Shown here piece after piece: positions 9,701 to 19,800 of a stretch of 64,000 bases of DNA; position 1 is the first letter of the stretch, and each line of letters starts with the position of its first letter. The translations under genes and the position numbers were made by a program. The notes beneath the pieces are model-generated. The model was not told the DNA's origin. It made no database searches and was given only the letters and a program-made list of their open reading frames with translations. Source of the DNA: a virus (taxonomy: Duplodnaviria; Caudoviricetes); IMG/VR virus record IMGVR_UViG_3300033463_000056, positions 1 through 64,000 of that record; one strand, 5' to 3'.

Positions 9701-11933
9701 GAAGGACATCACTGAACATCTCCATAAACCGTTTCTCGAAAGCCTTGATGTTCATCGAAGCGGCAATCATCTCCTCCAGCTGGTCACGGGAAGTATTTAC
9801 AGGAGCTATCGTAGACATCGCATCGTACATATCGCTATACAGCTGGATATTGTCCTTGATGTCCTTTGCCTGCTCCTTCACATTGCTAACCACTTTCTGC
9901 GGATTATTCTTGACTTCCGTAGCGTTATGTTCTCCAGTCGCTGCCTGTGTGACTTCCAAGCCATTGGAATCATCAGCCGGCATCTCGGAATAGTAATCTA
10001 CGATATCCTTCAAATCCTGAAGCCGACCAGCATTGGCGAAAGTGATAATATCGTTTATCAGCTGCTTGTCGCTCGCGGTCTTCCAAGCATACTTATCATC
10101 ACGGACAAGACCGTCAGCCATTTCCGTTTCGTATTTCTGATGACGGATATAGCCCTTGATTGCGTTCTGGAACCGTTCGGAATTCACAAGAGTATTTAGA
10201 GCATCAGCGGCAGACTGCGCTCCTGTAACTTCATCCTTCGCTGTACGATAAGCTTCGGCGACACCGCCGTTCCATCTTTTTCCAGGAATACCTACAAGAC
10301 CGGTCATCATACCGAGGAAACCTTCCTGCCAGTTACGACCATCCTTGAGATATTCCATACCGCCTTCAAGCATTCCGCCGACCCAGGAACCAAGATCTTT
10401 CAGGGATTCGCGGTCAAAGCCATCGTCGTTGAAGGAAGTTAAGCGAGCGTCGGCAACATTCTTCGCTCCGGCAGAAATGAAGCCCTGAGACATTTCCTCC
10501 GCAGCTTCGGTAGCACCATTCTTCAAAGAATACAATGCGGTCTTTCCAAGAAGCGCACCTTTCCCGGCATTCTTTGCAGCAATATCCGCGACAAGTTTTC
10601 CTTTGTTTTTCGCTATATTCCCAACGGTCTTTGCAACGTTCCGCGTTGTGTTGAATCCGCCGGAAAGCATCCGTCCAAACTGCATCGTATTAGACATCGT
10701 AAGGATAGGAAGATTCCAGAGGAAAGTCGTGGCAGCAACGCGGTCTCCGAGTTCATACATGAACTGCTGTGCCTGAAGATATTCATCCTGCAATTCCTTC
10801 CGCTTCTGGGCAAGAAGTGCGCGTCCAGCATCATTCAGTTCATACTTGACGCCAGTTGTCCCATCCGGATTAACAATGGGAACACCCTTGGCGTATCTCG
10901 GATTGGTCATATTGGCGAACTGCTGTTCGAGTTCTGCAAGATTCGTCATATATTCCTGTTGGAGTTCGCCGGTGCGACCTTCAAGAAATTCATCCCTTGC
11001 CATCACGCCTTCGAAAGTCCCTTCACCCATAGCTCCGATGACGCCGCCAAAAAGTTGATGCAAAGTGGACATCTTGTTCAGCCCCTTCGCGGAACCAGCA
11101 ATCGCTTTCGCTGTTGCAGCGTCATCAATGCCGGTGATAGAACCACTCTTGACGAGCTTCAGCACATTCTCCAAGGCGGCTTTTGATTCTGCATTTCCTT
11201 CAGCGGAAGCAAGAACTCCCTTCAGTAAATCAGAAGCAGCTACAGATTTAAGACCGGCGCTGAGGACTTTCGACCAAGCAGCACCGCCTGCAATAGCACC
11301 GACAGTAAAACCGAAGTTCTTAAGGAAAGAATCGCCGATGAAATTGGCAGAACCGATGTGCTTCCACCACTCATCCTGATATTTGTCAGAACGTTCGTAT
11401 TCGGTACGGTAATTCGGGAACCATTCTTCGCTCAATTTCTGGATATCCGCCATAGTACGGGCGGTAAAGTTGTTCACTCCGCGTCCTACAGCCGTAGACA
11501 GAGACACATCCTCTCCGCTTGCAACTTGTCGAGCCAATTCATATCCACCTTCCAGGAGTCCGTCAATGACACCGGCAACTGTCTCAACCGCCGTTGTTGC
11601 TGCGGTGATACCACCTTTGATTGCGCCGTTGAGGATTTTAGAACCACTGGACTGTTCAATTGCCCGCTGGTTCTCAAGATCCAAATCGGGATTGAAAGTG
11701 CCCCGGTCAAAGCGGGAAGTGCCCCAGCCCATCTCGACAGCTTCATCCGTAACGGTTTGACTATTTGACTGTATAGGTCTGCTGGCAGTAAGTGAAGGAA
11801 TGGAACTAATATGAGTTGCGCTATTTCCTAATCTTTTCCGTGGCTTCTGAGCAACATCTATATCGTTTTCATCGGGAAAATATTGACCGGTCTGCTGCTG
11901 CTGAAGAAGGTTACTGATATCTTTCGTATCCAT
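6729..11933 (-). CDS. Large internal virion/ejection (cargo) protein, 1,734 aa
   Basis: Gly/Ala-rich hydrophobic N-terminal helices, a helical coiled-coil middle, and position between the cargo genes and vRNAP as in crAss-like phages. Confidence 0.75.
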   Translation of the reverse strand: MDTKDISNLLQQQQTGQYFPDENDIDVAQKPRKRLGNSATHISSIPSLTASRPIQSNSQTVTDEAVEMGWGTSRFDRGTFNPDLDLENQRAIEQSSGSKILNGAIKGGITAATTAVETVAGVIDGLLEGGYELARQVASGEDVSLSTAVGRGVNNFTARTMADIQKLSEEWFPNYRTEYERSDKYQDEWWKHIGSANFIGDSFLKNFGFTVGAIAGGAAWSKVLSAGLKSVAASDLLKGVLASAEGNAESKAALENVLKLVKSGSITGIDDAATAKAIAGSAKGLNKMSTLHQLFGGVIGAMGEGTFEGVMARDEFLEGRTGELQQEYMTNLAELEQQFANMTNPRYAKGVPIVNPDGTTGVKYELNDAGRALLAQKRKELQDEYLQAQQFMYELGDRVAATTFLWNLPILTMSNTMQFGRMLSGGFNTTRNVAKTVGNIAKNKGKLVADIAAKNAGKGALLGKTALYSLKNGATEAAEEMSQGFISAGAKNVADARLTSFNDDGFDRESLKDLGSWVGGMLEGGMEYLKDGRNWQEGFLGMMTGLVGIPGKRWNGGVAEAYRTAKDEVTGAQSAADALNTLVNSERFQNAIKGYIRHQKYETEMADGLVRDDKYAWKTASDKQLINDIITFANAGRLQDLKDIVDYYSEMPADDSNGLEVTQAATGEHNATEVKNNPQKVVSNVKEQAKDIKDNIQLYSDMYDAMSTIAPVNTSRDQLEEMIAASMNIKAFEKRFMEMFSDVLQSVEPQIKILSARDDKGKFIKKEESLEQAKNIRSTLAEVLTNIRIPLNPNLIEEFGVIPVLSKLKSEIDASGDTALQQKYEDLKKIAADRKAFVDKLLTLKGLSSEEFANKAQNADKVVEEQKKEEAEKEFESYINLAGVKAQYNVARKKKGGDVGEFIDKLRKAKDKNQFVSQFLDLHDAYSDLRKAYVKQSGTLSGIEAGIIDKLFDEAVDASDLVDASRIDTYEQWMAKEREKTVNAPNFDAALSRRAGIMEVSKDTYDKAVAKVVAAMNSLGDIRGASSGRQGENPTPEPEPAPAATTVQGSGTEPSAESSKAVEQKKKPATVDQEMKTAVDAAGRTWTVGEKIYTYDENKTNDIVEEFTVKEFAVGKNGDVRMYLTGSRDWSVSLTNQTYMIHKEPRPITSKTTVIEDKVTSPTKEQLLNEVVDTPPYTPPQKKKAESEVDRGGRKQYYQTAIPEFTVESAKAFFEISEKDPDKDEKRKIAIQQLVDFIGPRMGDRVIQKLVSDNAWTNAVTKVAVDDKVQLVALEGYNDDNGKPVIFMAVEKDGQRYIFNVMRRYGEGINQYKGLKDFLDAFDISLQKAGYKDGEYVFPKQATVWGKRDGIIDYDYSENYAGERPIAREENGQIVPGIEGYDASAPIVWVNGDGLFETLRGNSSAARSIYAWRNMSPQRRNELRGALYYLANDGNGGYKPIRLGIEHFTPKNATTRQDATFKAIRSHLSEIEGLAGRFFNEVEQAADDAAKQEILDEENKNLHQLVANGLRKYVDLTHGFFTFIIDKEGKPWLRYDRNSANKKDGEVDGFWLSHDNYNQLLDKFAEERVSMDLNPRQNLESFIKKGFITSNAKKLLPKQVDVYITHFEDGEFVSTDDQKELLDKETPSTVEAEVKATTEEPVVGPAPESGTLEAPKIDTFKPETSLFKSMPVEEDELGPGEQKKVGEQVKRFWDLLSDTQKEALVGYYGPSVEAKWEAKTPEQRENMLRCVDVM

Positions 11934-11943
11934 ATTGTTCGGT

Positions 11944-14280
11944 TTATTCAGTCAAACCCAAATCATAAACGGGACCAGGATGACTTGCGGTAGCAGAGAA
12001 ACCCTGTCTATTATTACCATGATCGCGAGGAACACTAAGTCTCGCATTAATGAATTCAACAACAGAATTTCTTAACTGATCTTGTAATTTCTCCGAATAA
12101 ACAACGTCTTCGGGATAAATGGCACCAATAGGTTTTCCAGAAGTGTCAGTTATATAAAACTCCATATATGGCTCAAGCAACTCGGCTGTATTGATAACCC
12201 ATTCTTTTTTGTCTTTATCAGACATTGTAAAAGCAGATACTGGATCAACAATTGGCATCATCATATAATGTATAACCCCCTTTTCATCAAGTAATTTACG
12301 AGACCCATCATCATAATATTCATAGAAACTTTCCCTCATGTCCTGATATGCCGATTCAAGATCGTCACCAAAAACAATTGGATTAATGGAATATTGTTGC
12401 GCATCATGAGTCGTGGTAAAACGAATCTTATTATCAATTACATCTTCTGGGGTGGCGGAAATATCATGTATTGTATCAGTCTTTATATCGTCAGAAGAAT
12501 CAACGCCTAAAACCTTTCTGATGTCTCTAACCGAATCCACTATTGTACCATCTTCTTTAATTTTATAAGCTACAACATGACTTGTTTTCGCAACTCGCTG
12601 CTTTGTATCTTTGTCGGCATGAATATAAGAAGAATATAACTTAGCAGCCGCATCGCGTCTTGTCTTTTTCATCAAATCATCATCGGGCGAATCGGTGGCA
12701 TAATATGCTGGTGTACGAAAGCCGATACCAGCCTTCGTTTCCATTATATACGGAAGAGCAGTTCTCGGTACGCTTTCAGGAATTTCCTCTTCCTTGTACT
12801 TCTTCTCCCATTCTTTTTCGGGAATGGTCATATCGAAGATATCAACATTGTTGTTTTCCTTCCGCCAGTTATCAACAGTCTCTCTGAAAGCCTTGTAATC
12901 GTTAGTGAATTCTTCAGAGAGCTGCTTGTCGAACTTTCCATCATAGTAAACACGGAAAGGTCCCTTGCCGTCGCTGGCATATCCGGAAGTGTTTTGGACA
13001 GAAATGGTATGTTTCTTTCCATCGCCATCAATAGGATGATAAGTCCCGACAGGATTATTCGTGCTCGGGTCTACTCCGTAAACAGCGAGGAAGTCTGAAC
13101 GCCCCATTTCATCAAGGATTCGCTGAGCGTCATATGCGCTTTCGATAACATCAGCAGTTCCATCAACACCAGTAACCGGAATGGGTGCATCGAACTTCTT
13201 CAGGTTCTTATTGACATAAGCGACCCTCTCTTTTCGTTCATCAGAATCGAGATAGGACGAAAGCGTCTGGAGTGAATAGCCGGAGCTTGTCTTTTTCTTC
13301 GAACCACTTCCACTACCAGAACCGCTTCCAGAACCACCGGCAGGATGGTCAAGTTTCCATTGCTCCTTGCGTTTCCACATATTGAATTCCTCTTCGGGGT
13401 CAGTGAAATCCTTGATTTCGGGAGCCATAATGCCACCGGCAAGGCCAGATTTGCCGCGATTGATAAGCTTCTGCCGTTCATTGGCATCAACATCATAACC
13501 ACGGATACCGGTAGCATCATACCTGTTAATCAGAGACTCAGTAAGCATTTGAACAACAGGAGAAACAGTTTCCGAATTTGCCCTGTAGAACTTATCACGG
13601 TCACTGGCTGACATATTAATCAGCTGGTCAACAAGAATACCTGCCGCATCAACTTCTTCATTGGTGACGCCTTTGTTGATTACACGGGTCAGTTCCTGTT
13701 TCAGTTTTGGATTGGTCACAATGGCATTGGGGTCAGACAGCTTACTATAAAGAGCCTGCGCCCTTGCCTTGGTCTCGTCAAAAACATCTTTCTCGAACTG
13801 GGCACTGTCATAAGAGAACCAATTCAAACCGTGATTGGCATCGCGAAGATAGTCATCGAGCGCGTCAAGACCGGGATCTCGACCAGTAACGAGATTCGGA
13901 TTCTTATGCCTCGCATCCCAGTAAGCGGCACTTCTTTCAGAACGGTCCTTCACTGCTGTTGCAAGACGGGTAATATCACTCTGATAACCTGCGCGGGCAG
14001 CAGACAAATCACGACGGGTGTTTGCATTGTATCCTTTCTCCCAGAGATTGTTCTGAACACGGTCAAGCTTCGCCATATAGGAATCATAAAGCATCCGCGC
14101 CTCGGAATCTTCGGGTTCACGCAGGATATACTGACGAAGTGCTTCCGCCCCAGATGAGAGCGTATCATAAGCATCAGCCGTAGCATTATGCGCTTCGACA
14201 GCCTGCATAATCGGCTTAGCCAATTCATCATATGTAAACGGGTTGAAATGGGAACCGTTTGTTACCAAATACTTCGCCAT
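11944..14280 (-). CDS. Internal virion/cargo protein, 778 aa
   Basis: N-terminal FNPFTYDELAKP motif recalled from crAss cargo proteins, a GSGSGS linker, and synteny. Confidence 0.7.
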   Translation of the reverse strand: MAKYLVTNGSHFNPFTYDELAKPIMQAVEAHNATADAYDTLSSGAEALRQYILREPEDSEARMLYDSYMAKLDRVQNNLWEKGYNANTRRDLSAARAGYQSDITRLATAVKDRSERSAAYWDARHKNPNLVTGRDPGLDALDDYLRDANHGLNWFSYDSAQFEKDVFDETKARAQALYSKLSDPNAIVTNPKLKQELTRVINKGVTNEEVDAAGILVDQLINMSASDRDKFYRANSETVSPVVQMLTESLINRYDATGIRGYDVDANERQKLINRGKSGLAGGIMAPEIKDFTDPEEEFNMWKRKEQWKLDHPAGGSGSGSGSGSGSKKKTSSGYSLQTLSSYLDSDERKERVAYVNKNLKKFDAPIPVTGVDGTADVIESAYDAQRILDEMGRSDFLAVYGVDPSTNNPVGTYHPIDGDGKKHTISVQNTSGYASDGKGPFRVYYDGKFDKQLSEEFTNDYKAFRETVDNWRKENNNVDIFDMTIPEKEWEKKYKEEEIPESVPRTALPYIMETKAGIGFRTPAYYATDSPDDDLMKKTRRDAAAKLYSSYIHADKDTKQRVAKTSHVVAYKIKEDGTIVDSVRDIRKVLGVDSSDDIKTDTIHDISATPEDVIDNKIRFTTTHDAQQYSINPIVFGDDLESAYQDMRESFYEYYDDGSRKLLDEKGVIHYMMMPIVDPVSAFTMSDKDKKEWVINTAELLEPYMEFYITDTSGKPIGAIYPEDVVYSEKLQDQLRNSVVEFINARLSVPRDHGNNRQGFSATASHPGPVYDLGLTE

Positions 14281-14282
14281 AG

Positions 14283-16016
14283 TTACTTCTTGCGTTTAAC
14301 TGTTAAATATTGAGATTCGCTGCCCGGGAACAAGGTCGGTCTGGATTTTGGAACATTATACTGCAACGGAATAAAAGGACTGATTCCTGCGGGTGTAGCG
14401 GTTACTGTTTCCTTTTCCACTTTCGGCGCAGCAGGATATTCATAACGATGTGTCAGCGGATTGTAGTAAATCCCACCATTCGGGCCAGTACCGTAACCAA
14501 TGAAATAAGGATTGGTATTAATCTGATTCATTGCGAAGTCCTCCTGACCGATACCGGAGAGCGCTTCAAGACCGGAGTTGATCTGATTGCTGATAGCGTT
14601 ATATTTCGCTGCTTCCGCTTCATTGTTAAGTCTCTGAATCATCAGGTCGTTCTGTGCATTACGGACCGCTGCATCACGGAGAGCCATCGTCCTGTAATAA
14701 TCTATGTTCGCATCGAACTGAGCGCGCTGAGCTTCGGACTGATTGTTCGCTGCAATGACAGCATTCTTTCTCTGGTTATTCGCATCCCAAGCCTGGATAA
14801 AACCAGTTCCAAGATTCCCGGTAGTATTATTGTCGGCGGCAAGGATAGATGCGGCGGCAGAAGGACCAAGACCGGAATTACGGAGAGCGCGATTCGTAGC
14901 ATTCGCCTGTGCAATCTGCGCATTGGCGACCATATTCTGGTCAATCGGATTGTAGACCTGATTCTGGAAATTGATTCTTCCTTCCGGAGTATACGGCTGA
15001 ATTCTCTCTGCCTTATATTTATCAGGCTGCTGGAACACATTATACAAACCAAGAAGCCCGGAACCAATCGCTCCGGCATAACGAGGCCAAGTAGGAAGAA
15101 GTTTGCTAGCGCCGGATTCATCATCGGAAGTAGATGCAACGGAATCGCCAGAAACATCAGCGTCAGGATAAGAAGGCCAAGGCATCATCGGATGCGGCGT
15201 TGTCTTCAACTTCTCCTGCGGAGTAATAACGCGTTCTGGGAAATCATATGTCCTCGGAGCATCTGCGGTTACGCGTGCGGTATCAAGAAGAATATTATCC
15301 TCAGGAATCTCATAACCGGAAAGGTCAAATGCGGCAGGATTGATAGCGTGGGAAGCCGAACGAAGCCCGTTGTTTCTCTGAGACTGCAACCAGAGATTCC
15401 AAAGGTCATAGTTTCTCGGGCCTTTCGCGGTAACATATACGGGGTCAAGACTGCCGCCATCAGGATATTTCTTCATCGCGCCACCGCAAGCCATCACTGG
15501 AATACCGGATGGTTCGGAAACACCAACCGCTTCTTCCGGAACCATCTGCTCTGGCTGCTGTTCCTGAGAAAGCATCGCCTCCAGCTGGTCGAGTTCTTCA
15601 GGAGAAAGATTGGCGAGTTCAGCTTCCAAATCCGCCTGCTCCTTCGCCTGCTTCTGTCCTTCCTGAGCATCAGCCAAACGACCAAGAAGAGCCTCGAGTC
15701 CATTCCTGGAAATAGGGTCCAGCGGTCTTTCTTCTGCCTCGGAGAACAAATCATCGGCAATCTTCGAGTAAAGTTTGCCGGCATATTTCTTCGGAAGGTT
15801 GTTGTCTACGAGAAACTGCTCCTCGGCTTCGATATTATCGGAGTAGACATAATCCTTATATACCGGCTCGCCTTCTTCAAGGAGATTCGGATTGCCTTCA
15901 GGATCGACTCCAATCTGCACGCCACCGTTTGGATTCTCCTCGTGGGAACCTCCTTCGTTGACTCTCATGTAATCTTTCGGCGCAAAGTATCCGCCGTGTG
16001 TATCGAACTTCGACAT
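14283..16016 (-). CDS. Cargo protein (crAss001 gp45/C1-like region), 577 aa
   Basis: GGSHEENPNGGVQIG motif, Asn/Gln/Ala-rich helical C-terminal half, position after the muzzle gene. Confidence 0.7.
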   Translation of the reverse strand: MSKFDTHGGYFAPKDYMRVNEGGSHEENPNGGVQIGVDPEGNPNLLEEGEPVYKDYVYSDNIEAEEQFLVDNNLPKKYAGKLYSKIADDLFSEAEERPLDPISRNGLEALLGRLADAQEGQKQAKEQADLEAELANLSPEELDQLEAMLSQEQQPEQMVPEEAVGVSEPSGIPVMACGGAMKKYPDGGSLDPVYVTAKGPRNYDLWNLWLQSQRNNGLRSASHAINPAAFDLSGYEIPEDNILLDTARVTADAPRTYDFPERVITPQEKLKTTPHPMMPWPSYPDADVSGDSVASTSDDESGASKLLPTWPRYAGAIGSGLLGLYNVFQQPDKYKAERIQPYTPEGRINFQNQVYNPIDQNMVANAQIAQANATNRALRNSGLGPSAAASILAADNNTTGNLGTGFIQAWDANNQRKNAVIAANNQSEAQRAQFDANIDYYRTMALRDAAVRNAQNDLMIQRLNNEAEAAKYNAISNQINSGLEALSGIGQEDFAMNQINTNPYFIGYGTGPNGGIYYNPLTHRYEYPAAPKVEKETVTATPAGISPFIPLQYNVPKSRPTLFPGSESQYLTVKRKK

Positions 16017-16019
16017 ATC

Positions 16020-16823
16020 TTATTTAACTTTTACTCTGTAAACACAACCACCGTTCGTCATAATCCGCTGGACATTTGAAGGTTTTCTATCACGCTGCAT
16101 CACCGCTCCCTTCTTCAGAACCCGGTTCGCAAACTGTTGGATACTCTGCCTGCGAATCTGTCCACCTTCAGCCACAGCGTTGACTGCATTCCGCCTATGG
16201 ATATTATCTCCAATCCTTTCGTGAGCCGCCTCAAAATTCCGCTGAGCAGAATCTGCTGCAAGGTCTGCCTGAAGTGCAAGAGTCTGCCGTCTTGTTTCTG
16301 TAGCACGATTACCTGCGATAACTCCACCAAGACCAGTTAATCCTCCAACAGCCCCACCAATCAGAGCGCCCCAAGGACCACCAATCTGCAAGCCGGTAGC
16401 AGCGCCGGAAAGTGCGGATGTTGCGACTGAACCGACTTGCTGACCGGTAGTCATTCCTCGGATATCCTGATAATTTATATTAGGTCCTCCGAAATTCGTC
16501 TGAGCATAGTCGTTAGCAAGCTGGTCGTAGTTGCTGTAGTTATATGCACCAGCACGGGCGAGATCCGCAATCTGACCCTCCTGCATACTGGTATCGCGAA
16601 TCTGTGAGTCCTTATACGCATTGGAAAGGAGAGTAGTGGCACCAGTAAGACCAGTTACGATACCACCGGCAATAGCCTGACCTTGCTGGGCGCGAAGAGC
16701 CTGGTCCATCAGATAACCGGAGTCATCATCATTGGCGGCGATGGCTTCACTGTTTCTCAGACGAGCAGCGTTCTGGTATGAACCCAAGAACGACTGGTTG
16801 TACATATTATCCCACCAGCTCAT
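16020..16823 (-). CDS. Glycine-zipper membrane-inserting cargo/ejection protein, 267 aa
   Basis: SGAATGLQIGGPWGALIGGAVGGLTGLGG glycine zipper; directly follows the muzzle gene. Confidence 0.7.
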   Translation of the reverse strand: MSWWDNMYNQSFLGSYQNAARLRNSEAIAANDDDSGYLMDQALRAQQGQAIAGGIVTGLTGATTLLSNAYKDSQIRDTSMQEGQIADLARAGAYNYSNYDQLANDYAQTNFGGPNINYQDIRGMTTGQQVGSVATSALSGAATGLQIGGPWGALIGGAVGGLTGLGGVIAGNRATETRRQTLALQADLAADSAQRNFEAAHERIGDNIHRRNAVNAVAEGGQIRRQSIQQFANRVLKKGAVMQRDRKPSNVQRIMTNGGCVYRVKVK

Positions 16824-19800
16824 TACTCAAAATATTTAACAACTATGTCGTGCAGCTGCATAAGATACTTGCCGTCGACATCGTTCTTGCGGAACATAAG
16901 GTTAATCCAAGGATTGCGAATCCTGTCCATACCGTGAATATTGGTTCCTTCCTTCAGGGCCCTCGGGATAGCAAGTCTCCAGATACGGAACTTCTTACGG
17001 ACATCATCGCGATCAAACCGCTGATGCGTGAAATCGGTGAAACCGGTATTCTGATACTCATCCCAGACACGATAATCGGAGAAGGTTTCCCATTCCTTGT
17101 AAGTATCTGTCATTGAACCAAAGACATCTCCATTGATGAGATTCTCCTCAGGCACAATAGCGGTTCCGGAAGAATCAAGGACTTCATAGAAATCTGCGCG
17201 GTAATCAATGTTCGTCCAAATCTTGTCAGAGAACGGTTCGGGAGTGACCCGATACTGCATCCAGTATGGATACTGACGACCAAAGAAATTGCAATACAGC
17301 CCTTCGTTCTGGAGCCACAGTGCGTGATTCTTATAGGAAAGGAACCGGTCCTCAACATTGGACATCATCAAGACTGCACTATAATCGAAAAAGCTCGTGA
17401 ATGCTCCAAGGTTTTCGTTATACACGAGGCAAGGCATATCATCATCCGTATTCCGAACAAGATATACATCAGAGTGAATCTTATCGTAATACGATACGAT
17501 ATTATTGAAATCGACAGGTCTCCAAGGTTCGGTGTTATTGATTTCGCGGAACCAGGAAGAGAATCCGAGTTTCGTGGAAAGATTCTCGATTGCCTGACCA
17601 TTGAAACCACAGAACGCTTTGTTGATATTGTCGACGAAGTACAGGGCATTCTTTCCTTCCGTGATAGACCACTTGTTGGTGCAACCGTACTTGTTCGTGA
17701 TGTACCGCTTGCCATCTACTTTCCCGGAGTTTCCAATCTCTACAGGAATACCTTCAGTAGTGGAAAGCTGAGTCCTCGAGTTAAACAGAATCTCGGAGAT
17801 ACCACGATCCTGGAAAGCAATGATGGTATTACCGAGTCTACGGAGCGCACGGCAAATACCCTTATCGCCGTCGAGTTTCAATGAACTGGCAAGGGTGATA
17901 TGAGTCCAGGCATCGACATCTTCAGAATCGTGTTTCTCCAAAGTCCAAGTCAAGGAAGAACGATAAGTATCCAGATTGAAATCAGTATCAAGATCACGCT
18001 GGACGATGAAATTGTTATCCTGTGAATAAACTGGATTCAGACTTCCCCACTTCTCTGCATCGATGGAGGCAATATAACTTGTTCCGCGCTGCAAATCAGT
18101 ACGACCATCAATATTGATATGCGTCTCGAGCATCACGGAGGTAATATCAATGACATTATTGACCGCATCGGTGGAGAACGGTTTTGTCTTCAGGCAGTCC
18201 CAACGCTGGATGTATGTATCACCCTGATTCGCAATCAGAACATCCTGTCCGTTGCCAACCATATCGGAAAGTCGCACCTGGGGACCGGCAATGATGAATC
18301 GGCAGTTCTGAATAGCAGCATCAGATGTTCCGCCGTAACGAATCTGGTCATTATCCTCCAAAGCCGCATACAGTTCGCCGATATAGACATACTGCTTCGA
18401 CGAATCGAGCGTTGTGCTTGTGCTGAACAAGTCCTGATCAACAGAATAATCCTTGAATGGATACGAGCCGGAAGTAGTATTTTTAATCCACGGAAGCAAT
18501 GCTCCGGATGCAGAACCGGAATGCCCAGGGAAAAATATTCCGCTTTCAAAAGAAAGACGAGGAAGGATAGTCTGCCTGTAAGTAGAACCAATCTCAGTCG
18601 GAAGCGAAATAACCGCGTGCGGAGTCGAGTTGTATGTAATAGAAACAGGATCGGACAGATACAGATAAGGCTGTTCAGTACTGTCGATTACATCAATTGG
18701 ATTCGGAGAGCCAACAGAGTAAAGAACAGGATACTTATGAGAACCAGGAGGCATGATGGAATCATTGATGACGCCATCGTAATTTCTTGATTCAGCGTTA
18801 CTTCCCTTTCCTATATTGATACCGACATACTGGCTCGAAGTATAGTTGAATATCCGAACGGAATCCGGCGAACAAGTCCACCAGGACGAAGACGGATTAT
18901 AGTAAGTATGATTGGAGTATCTCGAATTCGCAAACACCTTACGAATCAGACGGGAGTAATCATCGCCCTGATAATCGGTATATCCGGATATCTTATCAGA
19001 GTGATTCCACATATGGAGCCAGTATTTCACGATCGCTCCACCCCAAACATAATCATACGGAGTTCTGAACTTGATATCAGTTGTCGGAATGTAAACATCA
19101 TTATCATTCGAAGACTCGCCCCCATCGACAACGGTTCTTTCATCAAGGCCATATTCTTTCCAGAGAGGCCAAGCAATTAGGGCTTTTCCAAGCTTTTCTT
19201 TTGCAAGGCTTTCGCCGGAAATCTTTGCAGATGTCGCTTCGACCGTATAGTCACTATAGTTGCCGTCAATTTCAGCAACGCCGACAATACGGAACTTATA
19301 TCCATCAACCTTATCGAATGATACGGCTTCATATTCGATTTCCGGGGAATTCAATGTAACGACATTCTCGTCTACAAAGCTAAGATGCTTCTTCCGATAA
19401 GACGGAATATAATCATCGGTAGAACCAGAAGGGACATCCCCAACCAAGGAAATCCATCTACTGATTCCGTGACTTCCACTGATATCGTTTATTGCATTCT
19501 CTATGCCCTCATATATCTCGCCACTATTGCCCTTTACGAAAAATCTATCCGTATTTGCGTCAACCGCATTGTTAAGGCGCTCGCACCATTGATACATCAT
19601 CGTGCGGTCAACGAGTTCGTTGGAACCCAGGAAACCGAATTTCGTATGCAATTCTTTAGTAACACCGGACCAGGCTCCGTCAATCGTATGGTTTGTTTCG
19701 TCGGTCCAAGTACCGCTATAACCCTTTGTGTTGGTTACTTGTATTTTAAGTCCTCCGCCGGTTATAGTAATTGTGCGCTCGTCTCCGGTAGAACCAAGAC

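Noticed and set aside
13300-13340. Short tandem nucleotide repeats here and in the collagen regions
   Set aside because: Explained by Gly-Ser linker and Gly-X-Y coding
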